IMG/VR virus record: IMGVR_UViG_3300028833_000053 | DNA: 64,000 nucleotides | From: a virus | Lineage: Duplodnaviria > Caudoviricetes | Direction: 5' to 3' (one strand) | Shown here: positions 42,426 to 54,992 of the stretch, in pieces | How positions within the stretch are numbered: the first letter of the stretch is position 1 | How the letters are laid out: each line of letters opens with the position of its first letter | Notes under the pieces: model-generated | The model's database searches: none | What the model was told of the DNA's origin: nothing | Seen by the model: only the letters and a program-made list of their open reading frames with translations | Made by a program: the position numbers and the translations under genes

Positions 42426-43148
42426 ATGTCAGAGGAAAATCTTAACGATAGTCAACCTGTTGAAAGAGGACAAATGGGGGCGAAGATAGGTGGGCAGGCG
42501 GGAAAAGCGGCAGGTCAATCCATCGGCGCGGCATATGGCGGTCCGATAGGAAGCATGGTTGGCGGCTATATTGGAGAGAAAGTGGGTTCTTGGGCTGGGG
42601 ATAAAGCAGAGGATGCCATACTCGATCAGTTGTCGCAAACCACAGATAAAAAATCTCAAAGCAGTAATGAAAGCGGTGGTGGTTCAGGCGGCGGTGGCTC
42701 AGGTGGAGGAAGCGGCGGCCCTAGTGGAAGCAGCGATGATGGTGGAAAGCAAAAGTCTGGCGGGGGTTGCGGAGGCGGCGCTGGAGGTGCTGGCGTTGGT
42801 GAATATTCCTGCTCGGATGGTCAGTGCCACAAGACGCCGAAAACACCCTACTACAAACTTGAAATAGAGGAAAACAAACTTCCTGAAAATTGGTGGGACA
42901 AGCTGCCTGACTTTGACCCAAGGGTTTATGACGCAATCGCAATGGAACAGGCCGCCGCCTGCGTTGACTACATATTCAAGGGATTGCCTGACATGCGTGA
43001 ATTGGAGCATGAAATGGAAGCACGAAAGAACCGGAAGACTTGCCCACGTCTCAAGACACAGGTTCCAAGGACAAAGGTAATCAAGCCAAAGGAAGTTAAG
43101 TGCGAAACCACAATAGACACCTTCATCAAGAAGGACTAGACCTATTGA
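42426..43148 (+). CDS. Glycine-zipper / Gly-Ser-rich protein (TAG at 43137 read to TGA)
   Basis: GAKIGGQAGKAAGQSIGAAYGGPIGSMVGGYIG GxxxG repeats. Confidence 0.7.
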
Positions 43149-43150
43149 TA

Positions 43151-44776
43151 TTAGGCAAATTGCTCCATCTTCACAAGTTCTATCAAGGACTCTCTGAAAT
43201 TCCTTATTCCCAACGTTGCGTCATTGTACGTCAAGTGGCGGCAACGTGTCAACGATCCGGAAATGTTCTCCGGCTTGAACACGCTCTTGTGGTCAAACCT
43301 CTTTGGCGGGTCTTTCAAGTTAATCCAATTGAACCACAAAGACATCACCATGACATTTTCCTCGTTCAAGTAGTCTATCTGCTTGCACATTTCTCGGAAA
43401 TAGTGCTTGTTTATCGGGGCGAAGATATGCGGCTCGTAGAAGTAGATGTGTTCGCGCAGTCCAACGAATCTATCCAAAGTTTTCAGCAAAAGGGTGTCCC
43501 ATTTGTTCTTTCTTGAGTCTTGATAAAGCTCCTTTCTGAATTCATCATTCTGTTGAAATTCAAATATGTACCTTGGAATGAAATCTTCCCAGTCGGAGGT
43601 TTTCGTAACCAATATATCATCGGAGCAGAACAATAAATTGTCTGTCAATGTCGGGACTTTCCATATCGCAGTGAGAATCTTGAAAATGATGTTCGCGTCC
43701 TTGTTGTTCTTTGTGATGTCCGGCGTCTGGATATGATGAACCTTTGGATGGTTTATCTGGGGATCTTCCCCAATGACATATATCTCCCCAACCCAATGTG
43801 AACAGAACTTCAACATCGAAGTTATGGAAATTCGTATCTCCAAGTTGTTGTACTTGCTTCCACGTCCAAGGACGTAAACCAGGTCATGTTTTTGGGGTTT
43901 TTTCAGGTTTCGCTTGTATTGGAACAACTTGTCAATCTCAAACGTGGGACATTCCTTGAGCGTGATTTCCGGCAATCCGCTTTTGGGCTTAAGTTCCATC
44001 AAAGGAGCCGTCTTTTCCACCTGCTTTTGAATACGCTTGGGCTTTGGAGTCTTTTCATTGAACAAGCCGAAGCAATCAACGATCTAACGTCCATTTGACA
44101 GTTCGGAGATAATCGTCGCAACCGCCTAATCGTACTTTGTACCAACCATGTACCGGTAGCTTGAATGTGGCATCAAAGGCAAACGTGTAGCACCATTTCT
44201 GGATTCCCCAACGCAGTAGTTTGTGCATGGTTTCAACACAAATCCATTCAAGTAAAGGAGATAAAGATATGTCCTGTCGTCATTGAACGTGTTCAACACC
44301 TGCTTCACCATGAACTTCTCGTATCCGGCAAGCATCCTCTTCTGGAAAAGGGAATATGACGACAGCACCAGGCTGTCAATCCCCACAACTGAGTTTTGGT
44401 TTGACGTTATGGGATGTTCCTGGTCATTGTCATTGAAGTCCTTTATTCGGGATTCTATGAAGTCCTTTGGCAACAGCATATCATCGTCAATGTCTATGAT
44501 GATGTCATCGTTTTCAAGGAACGGCAAAATCGGAAAAACCTTCTTGAAAGACTTTGTGTTTTCCTCAACCCAATTCAAAATGACCCGATTGGAAGTCATA
44601 ACCAACTTGTAGAGATCCTCCGGAAGGTCTTGCTCCCAGTTTGGAAACTCGGAATGCGCCAACGTCAAATATATTCTGTCGGGAAGCAACGTGTTTGCAA
44701 GAACGGACTCTATCACCTGGACGCAATTCGTAATCCTCTTCGGATATGATGTCAATGCTATGTTTATCGTGGACAT
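43151..44776 (-). CDS. Two-domain glycan enzyme: GT-A domain plus Stealth-like phosphotransferase domain (2 TAG)
   Basis: LTSYPKR...IDIDDD; then DLVYV...EIRISITSM...LFCSDD; TAG at 44126 and 44084. Confidence 0.65.
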
Positions 44777-44791
44777 TATGTAAATGCTCCT

Positions 44792-45850
44792 TCATACGGA
44801 ATATTTACCATATTTATTGCAAAGCCCAATCACCATATTCTTCAACTAACTTCCGGTCATTCCATGCCAATCGCCACTCCTGTTCAATGCGTCCAAGTGC
44901 TCTTCAAATGGAAGGTAATCAAAATGTTCTTTGACAAATTCATTTGCCAACCCCCCGTCATTCAATATGGTCATGAAGTTCTTTGCGACATCTATAAACC
45001 AATACCCCGTGTTTGTCCATTTAAGCAAACCTTGTCCATCTTCAACTATGATATTATCCACAACTGGCAACTGGGTCATTAGCAGAAACTGTCTCTGCAA
45101 ATACGAGCGTGTCTTTACTCCACCATGCCAGAAATGGTTTACCTCAACTTCAACATCACGCAACAAGGGACGGTTATGTTCTTGACAAAAGGATTGAATT
45201 TTGTCCTATACATCTGTCCGTTTGAATATCTCGAACCAAAACTTGTCATTTCCTTTCCCCAGAATTTCATGCCAGAACAAATTGTCCCCTCCACCAAAGG
45301 GAAGGTAGTTGAAATAACCAATGTTTGACATAACCTTCTTGTGTGTTGCAAAACACATGCCTGCCGCCTATATATTCAACTGCACCTCTAAATTGTTGGT
45401 GAATATATGTGTGTATGACAGTTTCTCCTTTATTACCCTTTCATCCTTTGCCAGCATATTGCACTTTGAGAACCCCTGGGTCAGCAAACAGCCATCAAGT
45501 GCATTGCTCAATTTGCTGAACCAATCTACGTCATTCATCGGTGCTATGTCAGAATCCAAGAACATCAACTTTTCGTGTTTGGCTTTTCTAGCCATCATAT
45601 TCCACAGATGCTCCTTTTGAAAAAGATACTTGTTGGAATCGTTGCCGTCTATGCGAACGTAGTTGATGCAATCCGGGAAATCCCCCTATGAAAACGTAAA
45701 CTGTCCATTGAACCCAAGTTCAATGAACAGTATTTCGTCAGGAAGCTGTGATTGCTCCATCCAATGAGATACGGCCTTCAATGTTGCGTTTTTACGTATT
45801 GGATTTATTCCCGCGTCATAGAAAACGGATATTAGGGACAGATCAACCAC
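44792..45850 (-). CDS. GT-A glycosyltransferase paralog 1 (several TAG; start uncertain)
   Basis: FQKEHLWN...FLDSD...TQGF...GGGDNLF...HFWHG. Confidence 0.7.
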
Positions 45851-45872
45851 GTCATATGTCCTTTCTCCGTGA

Positions 45873-46631
45873 TTACCTGTCCTCGCCCCGGAACTCAATG
45901 TTCAGCTTCTTCAACGGGTCAAGCAACTTGCCCAATGGAGTGTACCTGAACATTTTTTCCAAGGCGTTGACATCCTTTGAGAATGTGTTTCCTGGATAGC
46001 CAAACTTTCCGTCCGGCCCAGGCACGTTGGTGTGCATTGGATCAACATAGGATGAACTCAACACGCACTGTCTCACAACACTGTAGTCCAAGTTGAGTTT
46101 CTTGCAGATGTCGTATATTGAATTGAAATACGTAATCTTCAAGGCACAGAACACGTTATGCGCGTACTTCGCAAGCTCTGCCTCCTCACTGGTCATTTCA
46201 ATGTATTCCTTGTTGACGAATATCTGCTTCAAAAGGTTCTTATGCTCTTCGGAACCGGTAATGACCACAGGCTGCTTGCTGAAATCCTCTAGGAACATCA
46301 CCTGGGTCAGGAAGTGTGGCATAAAATACACCGTGCGGCCTGTCTCTCCTGTCAACTTCTAGGCCGTTCCGGGAAGTATGGTGGAACGCACCCATATTGG
46401 CTTGTCAACAGGAAGCCCATTGATTACTTCCGTCAACGTGGAAAGATCCTGTGTTCCATTTTCCATCGTTGGAACGTGAATCTGGATGAAATACGCATCG
46501 CAGTCGGACACGTCATCCCGATATCCCTTCCAAGGATCATATACGCGGAGAACGCAAGATGGATTGTTTTTCTCCAACCAGTGTTTCAACGCGCTGCCTA
46601 CAAAGCCACAACCTATTATTCCTATTGTCAT
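45873..46631 (-). CDS. UDP-glucose/GDP-mannose dehydrogenase-like protein (TAG at 46359) with atypical active site
   Basis: IGIIGCGFVG, VPT, RSTILPGT, AELAKYAHN, GYPGNTFSKD. Confidence 0.8.
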
Positions 46632-46775
46632 TTCAAGTACCTCTTCATTGAGCATTGTTTTCTCGTCAAATGCTCCTTTGCATAGTATTTACCATTCATT
46701 TCATTTTTTCAAAATCATAATCTATATCCTACTGATTGCCATTGACAGAATAAACAATTACATTAGTCATAATAT

Positions 46776-47315
46776 TCACCTCAAATCAATTATTGTAACT
46801 CCATCTTTATCCAGAACAGTCTATTCATACTCAAAGTCGTGCTGGAACCAACGCCCTGTTGTGAAATCAGTCATGGGAAAGAAATTAATAAGGCGAATCT
46901 GGTCAATTCCACGGTACAGATACTTGTAGAAGTTGTAAAGAAGAAATCCTGTTGTTGGATGCTTCATATGTGGATATTTGAACTGTGGATAGAAGTATGT
47001 CCCAAAATGATGGTCTAGGTTTATTATAATGTCATAATCGTCAAACAATTCCATTTCCTTTCCATACCACTCGTCCCGTGTGAAATACAAGCGTTTCTTG
47101 GGATTCTTAAAATCCTCCACAGGAAAATTCTTCACATTGAACTGCAGATTGTTGTCAAACAACTGAGTTGCGCAAAAAAGAACCTTCCTACATGGCGCAT
47201 CTTTGAACAACTCGTAATTTGTTGCGGTATTTATAAAAACAAGTTCATCGGACTTGTTCAGGTCTTGAATTGTTTTCGTGCATTTGATATTTGATAGTAT
47301 GTATGTCATTGTCAA
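46776..47315 (-). CDS. GT29/sialyltransferase-like protein (TAG at 46821)
   Basis: PTTGF resembles sialylmotif S; HDFEYE matches the HX4E VS motif. Confidence 0.45.
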
Positions 47316-48703
47316 ACCCCAAATTTCCTTTTTGCATCAATCAACATCCTTTTTACAATGGCTATGTTCTTGTTGACATAGAAATTGTTCTGAATTCTGT
47401 CTATGGCACATTTCCAATCATTCAAGTTCACGTCATTGCCAAGCATTTGATTAGCAATCTTCATGGAATCGTTTATGCCCTCTATGTTTCCAAACATGTC
47501 ATACAACTTGGTGTTGGTTGTCTTCCATGTCAACAAGCCTATGTCGTCCACGAAAAAATAGTTTGAAAATGGAAACATCATAAGGGCAAGATATGTCCTA
47601 ACCCCATATGACCTGTTTGACAAATTACCATGATAGAAATGGAACGTGTCAACATCTACAGAGCCAATTATACTCTTACCTGTTTGTACAGACATTTCAA
47701 GCATTTTCCTATGTACGTTTTTCCTTCCAAGAATGCTTACGGATATGTTCTTCGCACGCTGTTTGCTTTTTTCGTCAAGAATCTCATTGAAGAACAAGTT
47801 GTCTCCACCACCGTAAAAACATGTCCTGTTAAATCCACCAATGGTTTCAAGCGTGGACTTTGCTATGCAAAACGCCCCCCCAGGAACAGGGTTGTTGGAT
47901 TTCTGAACCTCATTCACAATGTCATAGGTTATGGTGTTCTTGTTGAGGGTTATCTATCCATTATCGTCCAAATACATTATTCTCCTGAATCCCTGTGTGA
48001 ATAATGATTTATCAAGTTCATCATACACCTTCTTGAACCAGTCGCAATCCCCAATTGGCGACGTGTCATAGTCCAGGAACATAATCTTCTCGTTTGCGGA
48101 AAGTTTCAATCCAATGTTCCAAAGACATTCTTTCTGAAATATGCTTTTGTTGTTTTTATTCCCACTTATTCTAATATACTATATGTCAGATGGAAAATCG
48201 CTTTGTGAAAACGCAGCATCATCGTCAATCACCAATTCAAGGAAGATTATTTGACTTGGCAAATGCTTCTGCATAAACCAATTTATGATTGCCTTGTTCA
48301 TGGCACTTTTCCTCAATTGGTTCACCGTGCCACCATGGTGGCACGTAATCAGTGTCATGTCAAGGTATTTATGGTTATGTTCAACGAACTGTGGATTATG
48401 AACTTTGTTCAAAACGGTCTTTGTATTCTCAGGCGTGAAAAGAATCACTTCATAGTTCTAATCATCTTTCAATGGATTCTTCCCATCCCAAATGAACTTG
48501 ACTTGCGGATTCTTCGCAACGTATTCAAGAAGTTCCTTTGGCAAATCAAATGTGCGTCTTGGATATTCAATCTACGATAACTTCAAGAAAACAAGGTCAG
48601 GTTTTACAGTGTGGGCAAAAATGGACTCCAACGTGGAAAGGATGTTTCCCTTTCCATTGTCGGATAGCTCAACAACTATTTTCTTCTTATTTTCCATTGT
48701 CAT
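47312..48703 (-). CDS. GT-A glycosyltransferase paralog 2 with extra N-terminal module (4 TAG)
   Basis: FQKECLWN...FLDYD...TQGF...GGGDNLF...HFYHG; N-terminal module resembles the start of the 44776 gene. Confidence 0.7.
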
Positions 48704-48706
48704 CCT

Positions 48707-50224
48707 TTACCCAAACATAAACCTTCTGAATTCAATTTTACGCTCGCTCCTTTCAGGAACAAGATAATTATACGTTTTTTTGGTGCGTTCAACATTGCCA
48801 TTGAAGTGCAAGGCGTATTTATCCACCGCCCCATCCACATCCGACATGAATTTCACAAACCCCGGGGGACGTTTGGGACTTATTACCCTAATTCCCCTGT
48901 CATGGCATTGCTTCCCGAAAACCATTTCCACGTCATAGTTCTTGTCCAGTTCTTGCTATGTTACCCCGAACTTCATCAATGATGGAACAAACGCAGCTGC
49001 ACCGAGTCCAAAGCGGTAATGCGATACCGGCCAATCCGTGTAAATGTTCCGCACTCTATCTTCCGAAGAACCCTGTCTAAAATCCTTTGATGAGTGAATG
49101 AAATATGCAGCAACAACACCATCGCCATTCCGCTTGAAACAATCCAAAGTGTTCTAAACATAGTCCATTGGATAATCTATATCATCGTCACATATGAAAC
49201 AGTAATCTTCTTGAAGTTCAGGCTTGTTCAAGAACAAATACCTCCCATTTTCCCTCAAGTTCTTCTCCCCCAACGTCACATGCAACTTACCTTGGTCAAA
49301 TTTCTTCAATTCCTCGGGGATCTCCTTGTACTCATTCAACCACAAGTAGAAGTTGTCGCATTGTGGCAACAACCGCTCAATGCACTGAAGCATCCACTTC
49401 TTTCTGTACGGGAACGATGCCATCAAGATAGAAACCTTCCTGGGTTTCTTGTACATTGTTTTGTAGGGTTTGGACTTGTCAACCATATCTATTTTGAATT
49501 CATTTCTGTTTGAATAGGGAGCGTGTATGTAAACATGTCCATCCAATATCTTTATCCGGTATTTTCTTCTGGGAAGCAAGTTCAAGTTAAGGTAGTAGTT
49601 GAAATACGCCTCGTCATAGGTTGATGGTGTCTTGTATTGCCACGTCTCAAAATTGACTTTCTTTCTGTCTTGGTCTACAGAACCCTATATGAAATGCGAA
49701 ATGTCTGACAAGACATTTTTGCTTCCGATGAAATGACAGTTTTGAACATATTGGAATTCGGAGGTATTTATTCTGGAAATATCAACGGATGAGCCAACCT
49801 TGTTGCAGTACAGTCTATAAAAAGATGATTTGGGAAATGCACAATGGGAAAATACCACCAAATCCTATTCATTATCACCAACCAATTCAGACAAATACAC
49901 CGGCTTCAAACAACGTGCATTGGATTGAATGAAACAAAAATAGTCAAAGGAATACTTGTCCATGCAATCCAATATGTATTGAAACTTGTGAAGTTTGTTT
50001 TCAGGTATATTCCTGGTCTATTCTGAATTCACTTCAACGAAGTCAATGTTTTCCCCTCGGAACAACGTCAAAACTTCTTTGTTATCCGTATATACCACAA
50101 ACTGCCTATCACAATCCACAAGGTAATTTTTCTTCATAGAATAATACCAATCCACAACATTCTATGTGAAGTTGTATTTTGGATTCAAGAAATAACTGAA
50201 TACTATGACCTTTGGCTTGAGCAT
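48707..50224 (-). CDS. Two-domain glycosyltransferase: GT6-like plus GT2-like (6 TAG)
   Basis: Manual readthrough: FVVYTD, FDYFCFIQSNA, YVQNCHFIG, YDEAYFNYY; then ASFPYR...ICDDDIDYP; TGGTAAATA at 50233-50241. Confidence 0.65.
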
Positions 50225-50304
50225 GTTGCCTGTATTTACCATTCAACATTAAACGAACTGGCCGGTTCTTTCAAACCGGCCATCGTAGTTTCAATCCAAA
50301 CCCA

Positions 50305-50637
50305 TTAGACGTTTTTCACCTTGTCGAGTATCTGGGAAATCTTCTCCATCAGTTTGTTCTTCAGATTGGTTCTCAACTTGTCCGATTTGGAGAAGAACAT
50401 CTGGATGCTGTACTCAAAGGAGAACTTCACGGTTTCCACGGAACTGACATAATACCCCAACAAAGAGAGGTCAAACAACAGGGAAACCATGTCGTCCTTT
50501 GACTTGTAGTTTGACGACACCCACCTTACAAACCCAGTGCTGTCCTGATAGCAGATGTCAAGCGAGGATTTGGCAAGGCAGTCCATCTTCCCTTCCGCAA
50601 TCCTCAACTGATGGACAACCGTGTATTCCCTCATCAT
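50305..50637 (-). CDS. Member of 5-copy paralog family
   Basis: LLFDLSLLGYYV ... RTNLKNKLMEKI. Confidence 0.6.
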   Translation of the reverse strand: MMREYTVVHQLRIAEGKMDCLAKSSLDICYQDSTGFVRWVSSNYKSKDDMVSLLFDLSLLGYYVSSVETVKFSFEYSIQMFFSKSDKLRTNLKNKLMEKISQILDKVKNV

Positions 50638-50642
50638 GTCAA

Positions 50643-50963
50643 TTACTTCCTGTTTGACTTCTTCCGGAACTTGGATTTCTTGAGATTGTAGAGAACCGCG
50701 TCAAGGCTCTTCCAACAATCGTCAAAGCACATGAAATCCCAAAGGCGGAAGAGGATTTGGGTATCCCAACCATCAGACACGGTGTCCCCGTTTTCCACCT
50801 TGTACAAATTCCTGTCGCAATCCGCCTTGCAACCAAGGGCGTATGCCTGCTTTCCCAGCTTCTTCAACCTGGGCATCAAGGGCTTCAACAAGTCCATCAA
50901 CTCGGACGCCTCCTTCTGGAGGCCCGTAAACTTTTCCTCAAACTGCTCAACCTTCATTTTCAT
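50643..50963 (-). CDS. Hypothetical protein
   Basis: AAGGA SD. Confidence 0.6.
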   Translation of the reverse strand: MKMKVEQFEEKFTGLQKEASELMDLLKPLMPRLKKLGKQAYALGCKADCDRNLYKVENGDTVSDGWDTQILFRLWDFMCFDDCWKSLDAVLYNLKKSKFRKKSNRK

Positions 50964-51155
50964 CTTCCTTGTCTACGTTTGCTTCCTCGAACAATTCCTC
51001 TTCGGCCTCGTCAGCCTCGTCAGCAAGCCCAATGCTTATGCGGAGAAAGGAAACGAACCCATAGCCGGCGGCGGCAATCGCCGCAACCCCTGCGCTGCAT
51101 CCCACGATCAATACTGCACTTGCCATTTTCTTTCTCCTGTTTGTTGTTCATCTGA

Positions 51156-51185
51156 AGTATATCACAGATGGGGTGGCTTTGTCAA
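51156..51185 (-). promoter_or_regulatory. Sigma70-type early promoter
   Basis: TTGACA-18-TATACT. Confidence 0.7.
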
Positions 51186-51189
51186 GGGG

Positions 51190-54100
51190 TCATCTGATAA
51201 TAATTGCATTTATTTCATCATCCCAAGAATGGGCGGGCTTCCAACTGCCCCCGCACATCCCATGTTCCAAAGTCCCACACTGAACCATGGAGGCTTCGGC
51301 ATAGTCCTCATAGTCCGTGGAATTGTCCACCACAACATCCCAATCATCTGGGAATGCCGCAATCCTGGCTTTTAACTCTCCGATTGTCATTTCTCAATAC
51401 CTCCCGCAAATTGCAACTGCGTTCACGTCCACCATCTTTCCATTCCCGTTGAACGTGAATAGTTCATAGCTCTGTTCTCGTTGTAGTGGCCGGGACGCAC
51501 ACCCTCGGCCTCCGTCATTGTGGCGAAATCCTGGACGTTCAACACAACCTCGTAGTCACCGGGATACTGTGCAAGCTGGGCTATCAACTCGTCAACTGTC
51601 ATTTCAAGACTCCTTGATTGGATTTATGTTGCGGGTTACAAGGGAAACAATTATGGTCATGCGGTAAAGAGTGTACTTTTCATCGTTCCACAACTTTATC
51701 TCCTCCTCAGATGCCTTTTGGAAGCGGTTGTTCACGTTCAAGTCAGTCTGCCAATCCATGTTCACGTCAAGTCCCTCCGAATACCATCCACGCCTGACGC
51801 ACCCCCAATGGATGAAATCAATGTCATATCCCAGTTTCCCGTTCACATACAGCAAGGCATCTTCAATGGTCTCAAACACGCGGTCCTTCACATCGTCAAT
51901 TGGAACTTCGCAACGGTTGGGTACGTCCCAACAATTCATGCCCGTCTGAGGATTGTGATCTTCCTCGAACTCGTAGAGCAGCCTTGATATGGAAACTTTA
52001 CTTGTCATCGTCTCTGCACAACACGTCATAGACGTTTTGAATCTGAGGATTCTGCTTGAACGTTCCACCAAACTCCCCAAAGTAGTAGCGCAATCTGTCC
52101 TTGGCTTCCTGTATGGTCGCCTTCAAGTTGTTGATTTCATCTTGCAACTTCCGGTGTTCGCAGTACATGGCCCCGCGGAAGGCGCAGTCTTTGCAGTCGC
52201 AAGTCATCATTTCGCTTTTCCTATCGCAATCGGCTGGTCAATGCGGTTGAACGAACGAATCACAATCCTATCGTTGTTCTTCTTGATGAGTTCCTGCACG
52301 GACTCCGGGAGGGAGTCTTGAAGATATTGCGTAAGCGAGTCCAACAGATGATCTGCGTCAAACTCTCCCGTGATGGTGAGAATCCTGCTTCCCTCTATCT
52401 TGGCGGTATCGTATTCGCCGCCGAAATGCACAAACCAATGCCCGGTCAAGTCCACCATGTTTGGCTTCTTCTTTTTATTGCCGGATTTGGATTTAACGTC
52501 CTTCTTCATCTTCATTGTCATTCTCGTTCTCCCTCTGTTCAATCAATTGCTTTCCCTTCACCACAATCGTAACCAGCCCCTTCAAGTCAACCGTCTTGAG
52601 GTCGCAGTCAATCAAGGGCTTCTTCAACTTGGCGAAAAGGTCAATGTCCTTCTTGGCGTTGTCCAACATGTATGGATTAGCCTTTGTCATTTCGGACATG
52701 ACATCCACGGCATACTTGCCATGGGCGCAATACTGGCAAATGAATGTAAACAATTCGTTCATGCAGCGTACCTTGCGTAGATTTGTTCCAAGTCATCAAC
52801 GTAATTATAGGTGTCCGAAGTTGTGGCAACACCCTTGATGGAAAACGCCATGTGCTGGAACAGCCATCCGGACTTGAACACCTCAATGCTCAATCCTTTG
52901 CTGCAGCAATAGGCGCGTAGGTCGGCCTCCAACGGGCCAATCCACCAACGAAGTCCATCCGCAGTGTTGCGGATTGTGAACTCTCTCTTCAACGTGTCAT
53001 CCATTTCGTTTTCTCTCCTTACCTGTTGGCTCGTTCAACGGCATCCCAGTCAATGCCATCCATGATGTGGTCGAGGCATGTCCTTGGATAGTGGAACCAG
53101 AACTTTTCGTGGTCGTCGTCCTCAAGCATCAGACCGTACATGTCTGACTTTGGTCTGACCAAAAGCCTTGAACCTTGGCAATATCCAACTGCTCTGCGCT
53201 TGATTTCGCGTTCCATCGTCTTCATGTCAACGCTTTGGCGATAGTCAAGGTTGAGACGGTCACCATAATCATACTCGTAGTTGTCCCATGTGAACAACTC
53301 AGGATTCAATTCTGGAATTTCAAATGTCATTGTCAATCCTCAAACAGGCAGTCAAGTCCAATGAACCTCGTAATCCACCAATGGTTGCGCTTGTTGGTCA
53401 TCGCGGGACCGTCAAGGTTCAGCATTTCGTTGTCCTCGGTGATGTAAACGTCCTCAAACGCCTGGTTCTCCGCCCGCTTGCAGGCAATGATGCCAAGGAT
53501 GAGGGGCGAAAGGATGATTTGTATGATGAGCTGAAACGGAAAGTACAGAATCATCAATATGGTCTTTTTCACTTCTTTGCTGTTCATTGTTTACCTCCAT
53601 CACTTTGAAAGTTTCCGAGCAACGATTTTCGCCACTTCTCCGGCAACCATCTTCTCGAACTTCTTGGACTTGAAATCAACGTTTTCGACAATTCGCTCCG
53701 CGGCCTCTTCAACCTTGCAACGCAGCTTTGTCTTTATGATTTCATCAATCATCCCCAGAAGCGGACCCAAATGATTGTCTCCGTACTGCCGCCCATCCTT
53801 GAAAAGGACATAATTCAAGCTGCTGTCATCCTGCAGGATTTTCACCACCCTTTCGGTAATGTACTTGTCAAGATCAATGTGCAACTTCTTCTCCACAAAC
53901 TTGCCAACAACCCCATACGCGACGTTGGTTAAAATTCGCTCCGCGTCATTCCCATTGCACATCTTCTGCATAAGAATGTTTTCCCAAACGTCATGGGAAA
54001 TACGGCTCATTTCATCGTCGCTGAGGTAGTCCTCAAGCTTGAAGTTCATATCAACATTCATTTGTCAGATTCCCTTCATTTCCTCTTGAATGAACTTGTC

Positions 54101-54850
54101 CAAGTCCTGCAGGGTCTTGAAATGACGCTTCACGTCAACCTGCGAGACGAAGGTGTAGCCGGAACCCTTGAACTGGTCGGTCTCAATGTCGCGCTCCCAA
54201 CCAAGGTAGTTCATGGTGCAAGCCAGGACGAGGACTGCCCAGGACATGAAGTTGAACCCCCAATTTTTCACCCGTTTGTTGCCATACACAATCCAGCAAC
54301 GCTCGGTGCCCATCTTGTAGCGGCGGCAAACCTCAAAGTGCTGATGCTTGCCCTTGTCTGCGGCATACATTTCCTTCACCCACGCGGAGATGTCCTTCTT
54401 GACATCAGCCTCGTCCTTGACATCAAACTCGCGCTCGTCAACGATGTTGTCCTCGCCACGGCGGTTGTCGGTCCACTCAAAAGTCAAACGCATCTTCATT
54501 TTCACTTCTCCTTGTTTGTTTCAGTTTCCCTTGCAGAGCGCAAGGAACAACTCGTTGTCGCACTTCGCCCAAAGACGGCGATACTTCAACCCGTACTTCT
54601 CGTTGAGGGCGCAAGCCGTCTTGAAAAGCGCCGTGTTCGCAATCTCGGGGAACTTGGAAAGGGCATCCTGGCACTGTCCACACCACTCCCAACCCTGCCC
54701 ATTTCCACCCGTTATACGGTAGGTGATGCTGGCGTACTCGTCTCCGGGGTGGCGGTGGCTGGTTGTGTCATCAAAGGTGACGAACACGCGGTTGCCCTTG
54801 CGTCCACGGCCATGCAGGTCGATGTTTCCAAGATGGTAAGTTGACTTCAT
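51190..54850 (-). other. Array of about 12 small TAG-free hypothetical early genes (e.g. 51190-51390, 52493-52762, 52759-53004, 53019-53336, 53333-53587, 53600-54061, 54065-54505, 54521-54850)
   Basis: Tightly packed minus-strand ORFs with SD sequences downstream of the promoter at 54884-54912. Confidence 0.65.
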
Positions 54851-54883
54851 TTTACTACTCCTTGTTTTCCTCAGAACACCTAC

Positions 54884-54912
54884 AGTATACCAAAAACGGG
54901 TCAGGAAGTCAA
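54884..54912 (-). promoter_or_regulatory. Sigma70-type early promoter
   Basis: TTGACT-17-TATACT; leader identical to that at 31911-31942. Confidence 0.8.
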
Positions 54913-54992
54913 TACCCCTTGATAAAATAAAGAATGGTTGGAAAGTGCAATCTTTCCAACCAATTCCCCCTATTTCTTTCAATTATGGAAAC

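Noticed and set aside
46697-46770. 24-codon TAG-containing mini-ORF between glycan genes
   Set aside because: Too short to support. It may be a gene remnant.
32261-50224. Pseudogenes or sequencing errors explaining the fragmented ORFs
   Set aside because: Every break is TAG, none is TAA, TGA or a frameshift, and the frame is preserved over 10 kb.
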